61,162 bases of DNA from Atractiella rhizophila (Eukaryota). The translations under genes and the position numbers were made by a program. Location: positions 114,159 to 175,320 of the forward strand of contig MU271200.1 of the NCBI GenBank assembly GCA_021432655.1, written 5' to 3'. This document shows, piece after piece, positions 37,852-51,644 of the stretch; within the stretch, counting starts at the first letter, position 1, and each line of letters starts with the position of its first letter. The notes below the pieces were generated by a model that ran no database searches, was not told the origin of the DNA, and saw only the letters and a program-made list of their open reading frames with translations.

Positions 37852-39302
37852 TTATATTTCTCCCTTCAGTACTGCCTTGAATGCTTCGTATGACAGCCTA
37901 CATTTCAAGCGTTAGTCCAACTCTACGGCAAAGGGAAAATATGTACCAGCAGATGGCATTACTCGGCATGTTGGCCAATATTCTAGGCGTTACACCCCTC
38001 CAGAAACCCTTGAACCCGTTCCTCTCCCAAATAATCCGGAAAGCGTCTCCCATCCCACTGGCCTTTCGGATTATTGGATCGTCGCTAGTCCCTCTGGTCT
38101 GCAAGAGAGTCTTCGACACGTCTAAAGGTGTCGTCACAGCAGCAGCCACTGCTCCTGCGATTCCTCCAGCTGTGATATGGGTGAGCGGGGAATAGGTGTT
38201 GGACGGATTCAGTGTCTTTTTCAGGAACTCGTAGGTCGAGAACTGGACGGCAGTAAAGGGGACTGTCATGGTAAGGGTAGTAGGGTAGGAGACGTAGAAA
38301 GCGCCAAGTCCTTCCCGCCTATAGATTGTCCGAGCTGTTGAGAGGACTGTAGGGTAGGCCGACCCGTGCATCTGCATTCGCTGTTTGATAACTGTTCCAT
38401 CCTTCAGATTTCCTCTACTTTCAACACTGAAACACAAACCATCGAAAGGGTTCATCAGAGCATCGCTCGCAATAGTGGCAGTTGCACCAGCCATCGCTGT
38501 CAGATTACACCCCTTCAGTTTCAAGTGCTTGTCGAAGGAAAAGGTGACCAACCAGTAGCCCCAAAGTGGTGGCCCGCCTCATTACCTCCCGCCAGATCCT
38601 TCACCAGCTCGTATGTGGCGAAATAGACGGCGTGTGATGGACCTGCGCCAGCGATGACGGATGCCACTCCTCGCCATAACCTCCTGTGTCCCTCTGTCGA
38701 GGTTATCCGCGAAAACGCCTCTGCAACACCAGTGTACGTCGCTGCCCCTGAACCAGCATGTATAACCTGCATTCGAGTCTGCGAAAGGAAGAATCAATGA
38801 CTCGAACAATACAGCTTCGGAAAACTCTCCAGTTCATGTCTGCAAGGGCGGTGAGAGGAGCCCCGACATCCTCATCAGTTCAGTCATGCACATTCATGAA
38901 GATGTTAGAGATTGTAAAGCAGAGACATGGGCTCAGTCATTCAGCAATCCAATTTTGGCGGACGTGGCAATGAAGTCTTTGGAAGAGGAAACTAGGTAGC
39001 GGAGCTCGGCGCAACTGAAAGAGAGCTTCGTTCGAAAGCCCAACATCCCACCTGAGAGCAAAAGATACCCAAATCTTGAAGAGTGAAATGCGAGCGCGTC
39101 CCAACCACCACCCCCACACAAAGCTCGGGGAGGGAAAACACACCTTTATCATGTCCACAGGAAACATAACCGCGTGTTCGCTGATACCCGCCAAAGCACC
39201 AGCAAGCATATGAATGCCAAAGCTGGCATTCTCCAGCCCCTCGTACTCTATCTCCTCCTCTGGCGTCAACGGAGCATTGGAAGTTGAGGCTGTTGGCGAC
39301 AT
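37852..39302 (-). CDS. MRS3: Mitochondrial iron carrier (mitoferrin, Mrs3/Mrs4)
   Basis: EIEYEGL...[90 protein letters not shown]. Confidence 0.93.
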
Positions 39303-42300
39303 ATCCAATGACACTCCTGCGAATTTCCCAGTCTAGAATGCCTTCAAGCTAGTCTGTAAGAAGGAACTCTTCCTTGCGGGAGAAGGCTGATAAATAGGGA
39401 GATGGAGGAGAGACCAAAGGATAGGATTGGTCGTGGTTCAAAAACGCTGATGAAAAACTTTGTTACAGAAACAAACTGACAGAAAGCCAACGGCAACCGT
39501 GGCCCGAGACTTCCAAAGCTTCGCGGCAAGGATGGAGCGGACATCTCCAGCGTTTTCTTCCTTTTTCTACCACCTGAAGCTTTTCATTGGCTAGCAGTCT
39601 CACCCTTCACCATCGTGATCCAAGCCCAAGGGTTATTATTATTCCAAACAGACCAACTTCCACATTTGACTTGTCAGATACCAGTTAAATCCTGAAGACA
39701 TTCAGCCAGATATCTGCTGCTTCGAATTGGGCGTATAGGTTGGGATCGAGAGGTGACATGGGTCCAGAGGCAGCTAGGGTTTTGACCGCCGTGAAAACCT
39801 AGAGCAGACTGAGTGAGCTCACCCAAATTTTGAAACGCAAATCAAGACGCACAACATCCCAAAACCTCATCCCCCTTTCCAACTCAGCTCTCACGTTCCT
39901 AACGTTCGAGAATGCAGACTCCAACATTTCCAAAGTCTGACCCTTGGCAGCTTCCACCTTCTCCCTGTCCTCCGCGTTTCCCGCTCCAGCGCTCTTTATC
40001 ACCTCCGTTCCTCCACACATGGCCGTGACAGCGTCTCCCCATCCTTTGAACAGAATACCCATCCCCGTTCCGGTGTCAGTTTGAAATGGTAGAGAAAGGG
40101 CGATCTCGATGAAGTCCTCCCGTTGCCGCCGCGCGTCGCCACGCAGAAGCATAGAGACCGAAATCGCCTCAATGAGGGAACGGAGAGAACGATTCAGCGT
40201 CCTCAAGAAGGCATTGAAGGTCAAAAGTTCTCTTGAGAGAGGAGCAGAGCTCCAGGCTTCAGGCTAAAGCATCCACATGGTCAATGCTCAATCGAAGACT
40301 GGGAGCAATAATGTACCTTAAAGTTGAGAGAAACGATGCTGACAACACGCATGACGAGGAGCATGCTCTTCTTCTCCGACTCGTCCCCAAACTTCGGTCC
40401 ACCAGACCAGACCCTGTTTCCGTACCGTCCATTGTGGAGAACGCCACCACGAATTAGCTCCATGGCGAGGAAGAGTGTCTCTTGGAACTTGTCATTCACC
40501 CGAGCCTCTTTGAGCGCGTGATACATAGCATTACCCCAATGCGTATGCTGATGGGTAGGGAGAAGGAATCTGGTGGAACAGTCAACAGTTAGCGATACTT
40601 GGGTACAAAGTAAAGCCAGATCCTTCACCAGCTCGTATGTGGCGAAATAGACGGCGTGTGATGGACCTGCGCCAGCGATGACGGATGCCACTCCTCGCCA
40701 TAACCTCCTGTGTCCCTCTGTCGAGGTTATCCGCGAAAACGCCTCTGCAACACCAGTGTACGTCGCTGCCCCTGAACCAGCATGTATAACCTGCATTCGA
40801 GTCTGCGAAAGGAAGAATCAATGACTCGAACAATACAGCTTCGGAAAACTCTCCAGTTCATGTCTGCAAGGGCGGTGAGAGGAGCCCCGACATCCTCATC
40901 AGTTCAGTCATGCACATTCATGAAGATGTTAGAGATTGTAAAGCAGAGACATGGGCTCAGTCATTCAGCAATCCAATTTTGGCGGACGTGGCAATGAAGT
41001 CTTTGGAAGAGGAAACTAGGTAGCGGAGCTCGGCGCAACTGAAAGAGAGCTTCGTTCGAAAGCCCAACATCCCACCTGAGAGCAAAAGATACCCAAATCT
41101 TGAAGAGTGAAATGCGAGCGCGTCCCAACCACCACCCCCACACAAAGCTCGGGGAGGGAAAACACACCTTTATCATGTCCACAGGAAACATAACCGCGTG
41201 TTCGCTGATACCCGCCAAAGCACCAGCAAGCATATGAATGCCAAAGCTGGCATTCTCCAGCCCCTCGTACTCTATCTCCTCCTCTGGCGTCAACGGAGCA
41301 TTGGAAGTTGAGGCTGTTGGCGACATATCCAATGACACTCCTGCGAATTTCCCAGTCTAGAATGCCTTCAAGCTAGTCTGTAAGAAGGAACTCTTCCTTG
41401 CGGGAGAAGGCTGATAAATAGGGAGATGGAGGAGAGACCAAAGGATAGGATTGGTCGTGGTTCAAAAACGCTGATGAAAAACTTTGTTACAGAAACAAAC
41501 TGACAGAAAGCCAACGGCAACCGTGGCCCGAGACTTCCAAAGCTTCGCGGCAAGGATGGAGCGGACATCTCCAGCGTTTTCTTCATTTTTCTACGACCAG
41601 AAGCTTTTCATTGGCTAGCAGTCTCACCCTTCACCATCGTGATCCAAGCCCATGGGTTATTATTATTCCAAACAGACCAACTTCCACACTTTGCTTGTCA
41701 GATACCAGTTAAATCCTGAAGACGTTCAGCCAGATATCTGCTGCTTCGAATTGGGCGTATAGGTTGGGATCAAGAGGTGACATGGGTCCAGAGGCAGCAA
41801 GGGTTTTGACCGCCGTGAAAACCTATAGCAGACTGAGTGAGCTCACACAAATTTTGAAACGCAAATCAAGACGCACAACATCCCAAAACCTCATCCCCCT
41901 TTCCAACTCAGCTCTCACGTTCCTAACGTTCGAGAATGCAGACTCCAACATTTCCAAAGTCTGACCCTTGGCAGCTTCCACCTTCTCCCTGTCCTCCGCG
42001 TTTCCCGCTCCAGCGCTCTTTATCACCTCCGTTCCTCCACACATGGCCGTGACAGCGTCTCCCCATCCTTTGAACAGAATACCCATCCCCGTTCCGGTGT
42101 CAGTTTGAAATGGTAGAGAAAGGGCGATCTCGATGAAGTCCTCCCGTTGCCGCCGCGCGTCGCCACGCAGAAGCATAGAGACCGAAATCGCCTCAATGAG
42201 GGAACGGAGAGAACGATTCAGCGTCCTCAAGAAGGCATTGAAGGTCAAAAGTTCTCTTGAGAGAGGAGCAGAGCTCCAGGCTTCAGGCTAAAGCATCCAC

Positions 42301-42637
42301 ATGGTCAATGCTCAATCGAAGACTGGGAGCAATAATGTACCTTAAAGTTGAGAGAAACGATGCTGACAACACGCATGACGAGGAGCATGCTCTTCTTCTC
42401 CGACTCGTCCCCAAACTTCGGTCCACCAGACCAGACCCTGTTTCCGTACCGTCCATTGTGGAGAACGCCACCACGAATTAGCTCCATGGCGAGGAAGAGT
42501 GTCTCTTGGAACTTGTCATTCACCCGAGCCTCTTTGAGCGCGTGATACATAGCATTACCCCAATGCGTATGCTGATGGGTAGGGAGAAGGAATCTGGTGG
42601 AACAGTCAACAGTTAGCGATACTTGGGTACAAAGTAA
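38591..42637. repeat. ~2.02-kb tandem duplication (38591-40613 / 40615-42637): MRS3 5' half plus MKT1 3' end
   Basis: Near-identical units with a non-templated A at 40614. The duplication creates the chimeric ORF 40281-40796. Confidence 0.95.
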
Positions 42638-44765
42638 CGCACTTTCGCAGTTCCAGGAAGCGCCACAAGACGTTGGCCACAATCTCATCCTTCTTTTCTA
42701 ATAGCTATGCGGAGTTTAGGGCTACAATCGCTATCGTGGACAATAGAGACGAACCTTGCTCGGGATCTTTGGCGTCTTAGTACGCAAAGCGAGAGGGTCC
42801 TTCGTCGTTGCACCCAAGCATAAAAGCATATCGATTGTCGAAGACTGCATGACCAGTCATTCAGGGAAGAAGAGCTGACTGTTATGCTCACATTCTGTCT
42901 TCGCAACTCTTCTTCAATGAAACGCGAGTCGACATTCCAGAGGTTGACCGATTCGACCAATTGGCGCGTGTCGCCTCGAGTGTGCTGTATCAAGTGCTCT
43001 TTCGTAGGGTCAAAGTGATAGACGGCGTGCTAGAAATAGCAACGCTCAGTATTCAATGTGAAGAGAAACGGAGTGAGCTGGCACGCACGACTTTCTTCGT
43101 GTTCCAGCTCTTGTGCAACGTCTGAACGACCAAGGCAAGCGCCGCACATCGAGGGGTTGTAGGTTGTTCGGTGCAGTAGTCTCTGACGAACCTCTTCCAA
43201 TCATCCGTGTCTCCAGGTCCAGCGACTAGATCCAGTGGCACATCTTCCTTCCAATAACCGGACGTGAGGGCATTTAGCAACCGTGCATCGCAGAGACCTC
43301 GGAAGAGATGAAGGTATAACTCGTCTGGAAGACGATTGGTGTGCAGAATGTGCAGATCTGATGGGATTGCAGGCATTCCTGTTGGTCGAGGGGAGTGGGA
43401 AGGAGGGGATTGTGGAAGAGCAAGAGGAAGGGGAACAATGCATGTTGAATGAGGAGCGTTTGGCTTGTCTGAGGAGTGAGCAGTGAAGACCAAAGCGTAT
43501 TTGAAAAGCAACCTCGAGCGTTGGAATAATTCGTGATAAGCTGCTTTGTTGGCATAGGGATGGGGAAGTGACATGTAAGCTTCTTGTTGCGGGAAGGTGA
43601 ACTGAAGCACTTTTTGACCATTGGTATATTGGCGAATCAAATCAATCGCAGGCTTGAACGAGAAAAACGAAACTGGTGGACCGCCATACTGATTGTGATG
43701 TTGTTGAATCAAAGGTGGAAATGTTGGAGCATACTCGAATCCCGCGAGGATGGCGAGGTCCAAGAACTGGTCCGAGTTCAGTCCTAAATTTTGAAGGATT
43801 TCAGACTTGGAAACCCAACGGAAGTAGGGTTCGTCGGCTTTACACCCTGGAGGAGGAGGTCCAGAAGGGCTAAAGTCGATATCGAGAATCACTCTGTCCC
43901 AGAGAGGCCCAGGACTATCTTTATGAAGCGAAAGATCCCTGACGCCTGCACCCAGAGACTGCAGATCGAACATGAGAAGTTCGTCCGGACCCCAGATCGA
44001 ATGCACGTATTGCTTGGGATGCCTTTCAAGATAGAGTAGCTGGGCGATGGCGAGGTAAGGAGCGACTACAAATTCGACAGTGCGATGCTTGAAAGTCCTA
44101 TGAACCAACCTCAGAAGATCGGCCTGGAAGGAAGTTGCGAGATCTCCTGGCGGTATTGAAGGTGGACTGGAGACAGAAGACAGAGGAGAACGAGTAGAAG
44201 CAAAAAGAGACTTCGCTTCGTCCGTCCGCGCGTTTTCGTAAGCTAGCCAAGCACGAGAACAAGTTCTAGCCGTGTCCATTTCAGTCGAATGAGGAGTAGC
44301 ATTTACACCTGGAGCATGGGACATGCGTGGAGATGTAGCAGGTTGGGATGCTGAAGCAAAAGAAGGACTGGAAGGTGTGCTAGGTGTATGCGGCGGTCCT
44401 CTTGATGGAACGGAAGGTGAAGAGGTCGCGAAGGGCCTCTCCATCGAAGTCCTGATGCCATTGAATACAAACACTGGTTTGATCCTCAACCGCTCCAGCA
44501 GCTTCAGATCCTTTTCAATTTGGCTTGTAAGGGTCAAAGGCACCCCTCCCGTTGCAGAAGGTGTGTATGGTTCGACCTTGTTAGGGTTAGAAGTGACGCC
44601 TCGTAGATATGTAAGAGCATCTATACCCAGCCGAGTATTGGCTAGGGCAGTTAAGGGGGTCGTGTGGACGAGTCCACAATCGGTGAGGTATTCTTGATGC
44701 CACCAGATTACTGAATACCCATTTCACAGACGGAGGCACTCACGCTCAAAATTCCTGATACCCAT
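41709..44765 (-). CDS. MKT1: Mkt1 (PIN/XPG-like N-terminus, Pbp1-associated post-transcriptional regulator)
   Basis: TRLGIDALTYLR, GGVPLTLTSQIEKDL...IKPVFVFNG, EFVVAPYLAIAQLLYL, IPSDLH...RLPDELYLHLFRG, THQHTHWG, LSLPFQTDTGTGMGI. Confidence 0.9.
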
Positions 44766-44986
44766 TATGTTCCTAGGCTCTCTTACTCCTTGTTCAAATT
44801 GTTACCAGCGAGTTCCCTGCCCCGTCGTGACTTCCAATGTTGCACCAAAGTAGCGTTCTGTTCGTTACCACCCCAAAAAAAAACCCCAACGGAACAAATC
44901 ATTATCCAGTTTTGCTGGTTGGAGCAGCATGAAGAAGCACATTCATTTTTACATGTGTAATATATTACAAGCAACACAACTCACAT

Positions 44987-46773
44987 TCATCTCTGCGAAT
45001 CCTCAATATCGTTCAGGACGCTACCTTTATAATTCTGAACATGTACCTTCACAAAGTCATCCAAAACCCTCAAACAATTGACATTCCCTACTTGAGAGCA
45101 GAGAATATGAGCTGTTTTGATCGAATCCTCCACGGAAGTTATCGGTCGTTGCAATGCCTACCAGCAATTAGACTTGATAATTTGAACAGCACAAAACCAA
45201 GCATACCATAGAAAGGGCAGCCATGGTATAGCTGATCGATGCAATGACAGTCATGCACGTCTCCTTATCCTCCATCAGCTCAAGTTTTGCCTGATTGAAC
45301 GCGTCTTCCTCCATCTTCCCTTTCATTTCCTCCAACGACGACAATGCCGATTCTATGTTTTTCATCCACTGTCGAGCTTGATGAAAAACGATCTGCGCAG
45401 ACTCGGAGGCAGAACGGAATTCTGTTAGCACAGTTGGTGCAGATGGGCGAGGTTTGAATTCGCGCGCACGTGTCTGGAGCATGATCATCCGACACCACTA
45501 CGAACTTATCAGCCCGTGAGGCGATGGGTGGACCGAAGGCTCACGGCAATGATTTGGGTACGGAAGTCATTGCAGAGTGCAATACCCAGGGAATAAGCGA
45601 ATCGCGCCTCACTATATCCTGAGAAATCAACCAGAAATACTTGAAGCAACAAAGATGCTGACTGGAGCACGTTATTCGCCTCTGCAATTTCAGCAGCCGT
45701 CAAAAAGCTCTCCCCCAACTCCTCCCTCGGTACCCAGGAAGGCAAATACTCAACGCTGCTAGACTCGTCTCCAACTCCCTGGTGGACAGCATGGCGCAGC
45801 ATTGCGTCCTTATTGTAGGTTGGGTCCGCGTGGAGGAGAGTAAGCCAATCGCTCAAGCTGGACTTGCTTTCAATGTATGCCATCCTGAGCATTCAAAGGT
45901 TCAACGAGAACAAAATGTGGTGGGTCATTAGGAGTAGACGAACCGCAAATATTCATCCTTTAGCTCTGCTAGCTCATCCGGATCCTTCTGCGGCAGGAAT
46001 AAGCTTCGTAATGGATATCTCCTCGACATTGAGGATGACGAGACGTCGGTTTCTTGAAAGAGTGCGAACCGTAAGCTAGCACACTTGATTCCGAGCCGAA
46101 TGCGTCTGATTTCTTTTTCCCTGTTCTCCAGCAGCTTCCCCTCTAAGGCCAAACTGCCCAGGTACTCTTTCACTTCGGAAAGGATCAACAAGCTCTGGAT
46201 CAAATCAGGTTCTAGAATCTCTTCGTCTCCCCAGCGAATGCCGTGCTCGAAGATGGAGGCAAAGCGAATACCAATACCACTCACTGTCCGCCACCACTCT
46301 TGAGCCTCCTGTCCCTCCCCAGACCATTCTGCGATCTCACGAGCTTGCCTCCACGCCTCTTGCAGATTAGAAAGCACCACTTTAGCATCTGGTCGTCGCC
46401 TAGTAGAGTGGAGAGAAAGGAGGGCAGTCCTTAGGAGCTGTTCGATCTCAGGTGGGTAGGAGACGGTGTTCAGGAACAATGGTTCAACTTCTGCAGCATG
46501 TGACGATGTTTGGGTTGAAGAAGTTGGAGGTGCAGATATTTGAATTGGAGGAGCCTTTGGAAGAACGTAAAGCCCTAACGCTACGCCCACGAAGACAGTG
46601 AGTAGAAGATTGAGACGTCGTGGTAGCCGTGTTCCTCCTTTTGATGAGAAAGATGCGTAGAAGGAGTATGACCGTATCTTCTACGCACCATTGTAAGATA
46701 CACTTCAGATATATAATATAGCGCACGGGAGAATTAAACGCTGGCTTGAAGGCAGGGACCGGACAGTGTCCAT
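44987..46773 (-). CDS. Hypothetical single-pass membrane helical protein, possibly Mgr3-like; start uncertain
   Basis: Exon-like ORFs 45928-46590, 45509-45892 and 45168-45488 are linked by plausible introns. A TM segment LLLTVFVGVALGLYVL is followed by YPPEIEQLLRTAL and VSGIGIRFASIFE, which recall fungal Mgr3-like TPR proteins. Confidence 0.55.
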
Positions 46774-47073
46774 TTGTAGCGTTGAATTGCTGTCCCAACT
46801 TGAGGTAACCGTCAACTTCAAAATTCAAGCCACAAAGAACCCAAACCACGCAAGCTCACACATACGCTCCTTTTCATGCCTCTCATTCTGAGCTTTTATC
46901 AAAGTATATCAAAGCTGCAATGTTGATCACAACTTTCGAGAGCGCAATGGGTCAAGGTCAATCCTAATTCAGGCGGTGACTGCTATCTGAGGCAATGGTG
47001 GCAATGCCAAAAATGTGAGTCATCGCACAATGCGCGCGCCTCAACGACGAACCACACCACGAAGAAGAGTGGG

Positions 47074-49177
47074 ATGGAGGATTTAGCCTCCCAGGCATTG
47101 GAACTTTTTCAAGCAAAGGAATATGACGAGGCGTTAGTCGTATTTACACAGGTATGTCAAGTTTTGTCAATGCGTCAACCAAGCTCACCTCAAGTCAATG
47201 CACGAACGTAGGCGATCGACCTCAATCCGAAGTTCAATCTCTACGAAGCGCGTTGCGCAACGCTCGAGAACCTAGGGCAACTGCAGTCCGCATTGTTGGA
47301 TGCAAAGGAGTGCTGTAAACTGCAGCCGGAGTCTTATAAAGGATACTGGCGCGCGGGCAAAATCTCATTGAAGCTCAATGACACCAGACGAGCTGTCAAA
47401 TTATTGGAAGTCGCCGTGGAGAAAGCTCAGAAGGAGAAAGCGGATAATGTGGTGAAAGTGAACGATCCTTTATGGAAGTATCTTCAGCTAAATTGTTGGA
47501 ACAGAAATTGGGCAAACATATCCAGGAAGCTAAGGAAGCGGAAGCATGGCGCCAGGTTGGTGCCTCTTCCAGGGCCTTCAGTGCACATCGTCTGCTAACA
47601 AGTACAATCAGGCTTCATGCAACAATCACATTTCCCTCCTCCCACTCGATATTTTTCTCGAAATCCTTTCATACCTTTCCACAACAAACCGTGTGATCTG
47701 CGCTCATGTCTGCTCTTCTTGGCGAAGGACGATTTTCTCTTGTCCAACATTATGGGGCCAGCTCGTACTGCATGGCGACAAGTCCGAAGAAAGACTTCAG
47801 AGAAAGTGTGCTTTCTGGAAGGAAAGGCTATCTTGGATGACGAGAGCAGGAGAGCAGGGTAAAATGGCTCTGACCTCCCTCGTCGTACTCTTCGATCGCC
47901 ATTCCAAATTGGAAGCTATCGAACGAATCGTGTCTTCTAGTGGTCTGCTCGATGGGCTTCAAGGCCTGGAAGTTGAAGAAATGAGCAGTGAAGAGAGCGG
48001 ACGGGCTTTTCTTAACGCCGACATCCGTGTGAAGTTCATGAAGCTCTTTAAAACCTTATCACAACGAAAGGATTTCATGGTCCATTTACGAGTGAAAGCA
48101 AGTCACCTGCACAATAACAATCCGCTCATCGAGACTCTGCAGATGTTCCCAAATCTGGGTTCTTTCCGAATTCAAGCGGATTACAACTCGCCCACATCAA
48201 TAAATTTTCGTGATTGCCTTGCGATTCCCGACAAAACAAAATCTCCAACAGATGGAGAATCTCCGGATTTTGGACGCAAACTTGAAGAACTCGATTTGAC
48301 CGGCATCAGTTTTTCTGATTGTCCATTTCGCGAGCTCCGAAACGTTACGTTTCCTAGACTTCGAGTTTTAGACATAGGATCGTTGATCCGAGGCTCAAGC
48401 CCAACTTTGCGACTAAATTTTTGGAATCTCTCTTCATTTCTCAGCAATGCACCGAATTTCGAAGTTCTGCGGCTCCGACAGGTTGTTCTGGTGGACTTCA
48501 TTCCGGTACGAGTTAAGGATGTTGACGACGAATCAGATGATCCTCCACTTTTTCCATTGCGTAAGCTCAAACATCTGTCAATTCAAAACAGTGGAGCCTC
48601 TGCACAGCGGACGATTATTTCGCATTTCCTATCTCATTGGGTCATGCCTTCCCTTGTCGCTTTCACGGTCATAAGGTGCGACTTGGCACACGATTTCCTG
48701 CCCAATCTCTCCTCTGCATGTCCTCTCATCGAAACACTCAAATTGAATTATGTCACCATCCGCAATGTCCAAGGGGATATCATGGATCCCCTATTGACCA
48801 CGCTGCCCCCGTTTCCCATGCTCAGGACCTTGGACGTGTCAGAGTGCGCCTTCGTCAGCGACCCCTTCATTCGTTCTCTCTCCAAATCTATCCCGAGCGT
48901 CACCTTCCTCATCTTACGCTCTTGCCGAAACATGGGAGGAGCCGGGCTGTCGGATCTCGTACTTGACCGTTGGGAACGCGAAAGCAAGGATGGCAGGGGG
49001 AGAAGTGGGATCAAGTTGATCGATTTGGAAAATTGCCATAATCTTCAAGGAGATGTATTAGCTTATTTAAGAGGGCTCCCCTTTATTGATGGCGGCCTGG
49101 GAATACGGTATAAAACTAATGAGTTTAGGAGCAAAGGGAAGCTAGGAGGGAAGAAGGTCTGGATTCAAGGTCGTTGA
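47074..49177 (+). CDS. DIA2: TPR + F-box + LRR protein (Dia2/Pof3-like)
   Basis: TPR helices (ALELFQAKEYDEAL, ALLDAKECCKLQPESYKGYWRAGKI), an F-box (ISLLPLDIFLEILSYL...VCSSWR) and C-terminal LRRs (LRTLDVSEC, IDLENCHNL). Confidence 0.8.
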
Positions 49178-49365
49178 TATGACAATCTGAAGATGGTTCA
49201 TGGACATTGTTTGTGAAATACAGTCTAGGTCTTGAAGTACTGTAGGAATTTGACAAAATCTGGTCAACATTAACCTGGTTTGCAACTGGAGTAGCCAATC
49301 TTCAAACTCAATCTGATTTCCGCAGCGAAGCGGTCGGCAAAACCCAGGCTGCTTAGGGTGACCTC

Positions 49366-51425
49366 ATGCGACGAAAAAGGAAGGCTGCCACTCTAGAGAA
49401 CGAGGAAGAGGATAGCGCTATAGTCGGGAGTGAGATTGAAAGTGAGGGACCTGCGACTAAGAAACGAAAACTGCGTGCAGCCATTGAGGGTGTAACTGAA
49501 GGTGCGCAGAGTCGTCGAGCGTAACGTTGTTGCGATTCATATTCACTTATCATTCCAGATGAAGAGGCTGCAGATTCCCCAGAGCCGCTAGACACGACCT
49601 GTCCGCTCTGCTTGAAAACCTTTACACGGCCCTCGGATAAAAATCGACACTTGCGAAACGTCCACAAGGAAGAAACGGATGACAATGGCCACGCTGTTTC
49701 CCTCAAGGTGTTGAAAAGTCTCTCGATTATGGACATCGAGCAGGTTATTGAGGCGTATAAAGAAGATTTCGAGCGCTCTACTCGGGAAGAGGAAGATGAC
49801 TTTGAAGATGGAATGGTCGAAGGCGTATTGTGGACGGCGGAGGAGAAGTCGATGTTTATGAATTCTCTGAGAAGGAGAGGGAGGTGGAGAGTAGACGCCA
49901 TACTTTCGGATCTACGAGGATCCAAATCGCTCGCCCAAGTGCATGCCTACATCTCACTCCTTGATCAGGCAGTTCTGACAGAAGGAACGACGGTGGATCA
50001 TCCAGCTGCGCGAGAGTTAGGAGGCAATTGGACAGCTCTAGAGGAACAAATGGCCGCGTATCTAGTGGAAAAATACGATGAACCCTCCCGTTCAGAGTCA
50101 GCATACATCTCCATCACCTCGCTCTGTGACATCGAACCTCGTCAATCGGCAGACCCAACCTCTTCGCACACGTCGCAAGTCTCTTCCTCTCGGCCTTCTT
50201 CCCCTGGCATCCCAACCGCCCCCGAAAAGTATGAGTTCCTCACACCACAAAAGCGTCGGACCAAAGTGGGCTCTTTTCGTTCACGAATTGATGATATTCT
50301 TGCCTCCCACCCCTATAGTGCGCACAGCTTCTCGCTCACTGAATGCAAAGCCGTCTACGACGCCATTTTGTGGAGGCGAAGAAAGTCTGGCGAGAAAAGA
50401 GCGCTGCGCCGTCTTGATGAGATTGTCGACAGGATCCTGGGACAGAGAGAAGAGGTAGGAGCCGAAGAAGATATTGAGCGAGAAGAGGAAGAGGACACAG
50501 ACCAGCTGAACGAGTTACAGGAAGCTGCTGAGGTGTTTTTTCTCGGAAAAGTGGCAGCTTTGACTGAGTATGGATTCCGCTTTACCTGGAATGTTTGCTT
50601 CCCTCATCAGCCACGGTAATAGTCGCCTGCTCAAACGAACGTCTCCTGAGGGTAGCTTTACAGCGGAACCTGAAATCGCGACCTCCATAGTCGAAGTACT
50701 CCTACAACACCTCCGCGCTTTCATCTCTCGTGTTATCAAAGAAGTCATAATCTGCAGTTCTTGGTCGAGCGATACCTCATCGTACGAGGCGCGTTCTTTC
50801 TCCCTCCTTACCGCAACTATTCAGCTGATGGTGCGGATTGAAGAAAAAAATCACTGCGAATGCAATGCGCTCCGCTCTCAACAACCTCGGACTGCTGACG
50901 AGCCATGAGACAATGCAGCAGCTCAAGCATGCCATGGGCATGCGTATCACGCGGTTCCAACTTCATGACAGGACTTTGATTGACTCAGAGGACGAAGAAT
51001 CCTCGTCGTTGCCTGATGGGGACGACGAGGAAGAAGAAGAAGGGAGCTCTGAGATTTCTGATTCCACTGAACATGCACAGGAAGTCAAGGAGACGGCATC
51101 AGTCGAAGAGGTGGATTCAGCATTACCATTTGGGGAAGTAAGAAACATCGACGACTGCTTCTCTTGGGATCCTCCCAGGATGACCTATCCGTCTCAAATC
51201 GAGAGGAAACGGACTCCAGACGAGCTGTCTTTTGGTTACCGATCGCCTTCACCTTCATTTTGGGACGACGAGGAAGGGAATGTCCTAACAGATTCGGATG
51301 TGGAGCAGGATGTGGATGAGGTCAAGGAAGAGCGAGAGGTGGACGAGAGGGATGTGAAAGAGGACGAGATTTATGAGAAGGAATTATTTGAGCGCGTTGT
51401 AGGGAAAAAACATCAAAATCGTTGA
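49366..51425 (+). CDS. RRN5: Rrn5-like Pol I upstream activation factor subunit with an N-terminal C2H2 finger
   Basis: CPLCLKTFTRPSDKNRHLRNVH, a SANT-like WTAEEKSMFMNSLRRRG...SKSLAQVHAYISLL, PAAREL...WTALEEQMA and a histone-fold-like LLQHLRAFISRVIKEVI. Confidence 0.65.
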
Positions 51426-51644
51426 GAATTTATCTCTCCTCTGTCAATCCTCATTGTCCTTCTATCATGAAGCGACCTCATTTGCGTTTATCAGTAGCAT
51501 CACCCTGCTACTGAGGTGCTGCAGGTTGGCTTCTGAACGTCGCTCCGAACGAATGCTTTACAAGGGAGGTATTGACTCGGTAGTACAGACATGTACATCC
51601 TTCCTCGTATAGTCGTCTCATTCTCATCGTCGCTTGTGGGGAGT

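Noticed and set aside
40281..40796. Apparent mitoferrin-Mkt1 fusion ORF
   Set aside because: It is created by the junction at 40614 with a non-templated A. Both parent genes are intact nearby.
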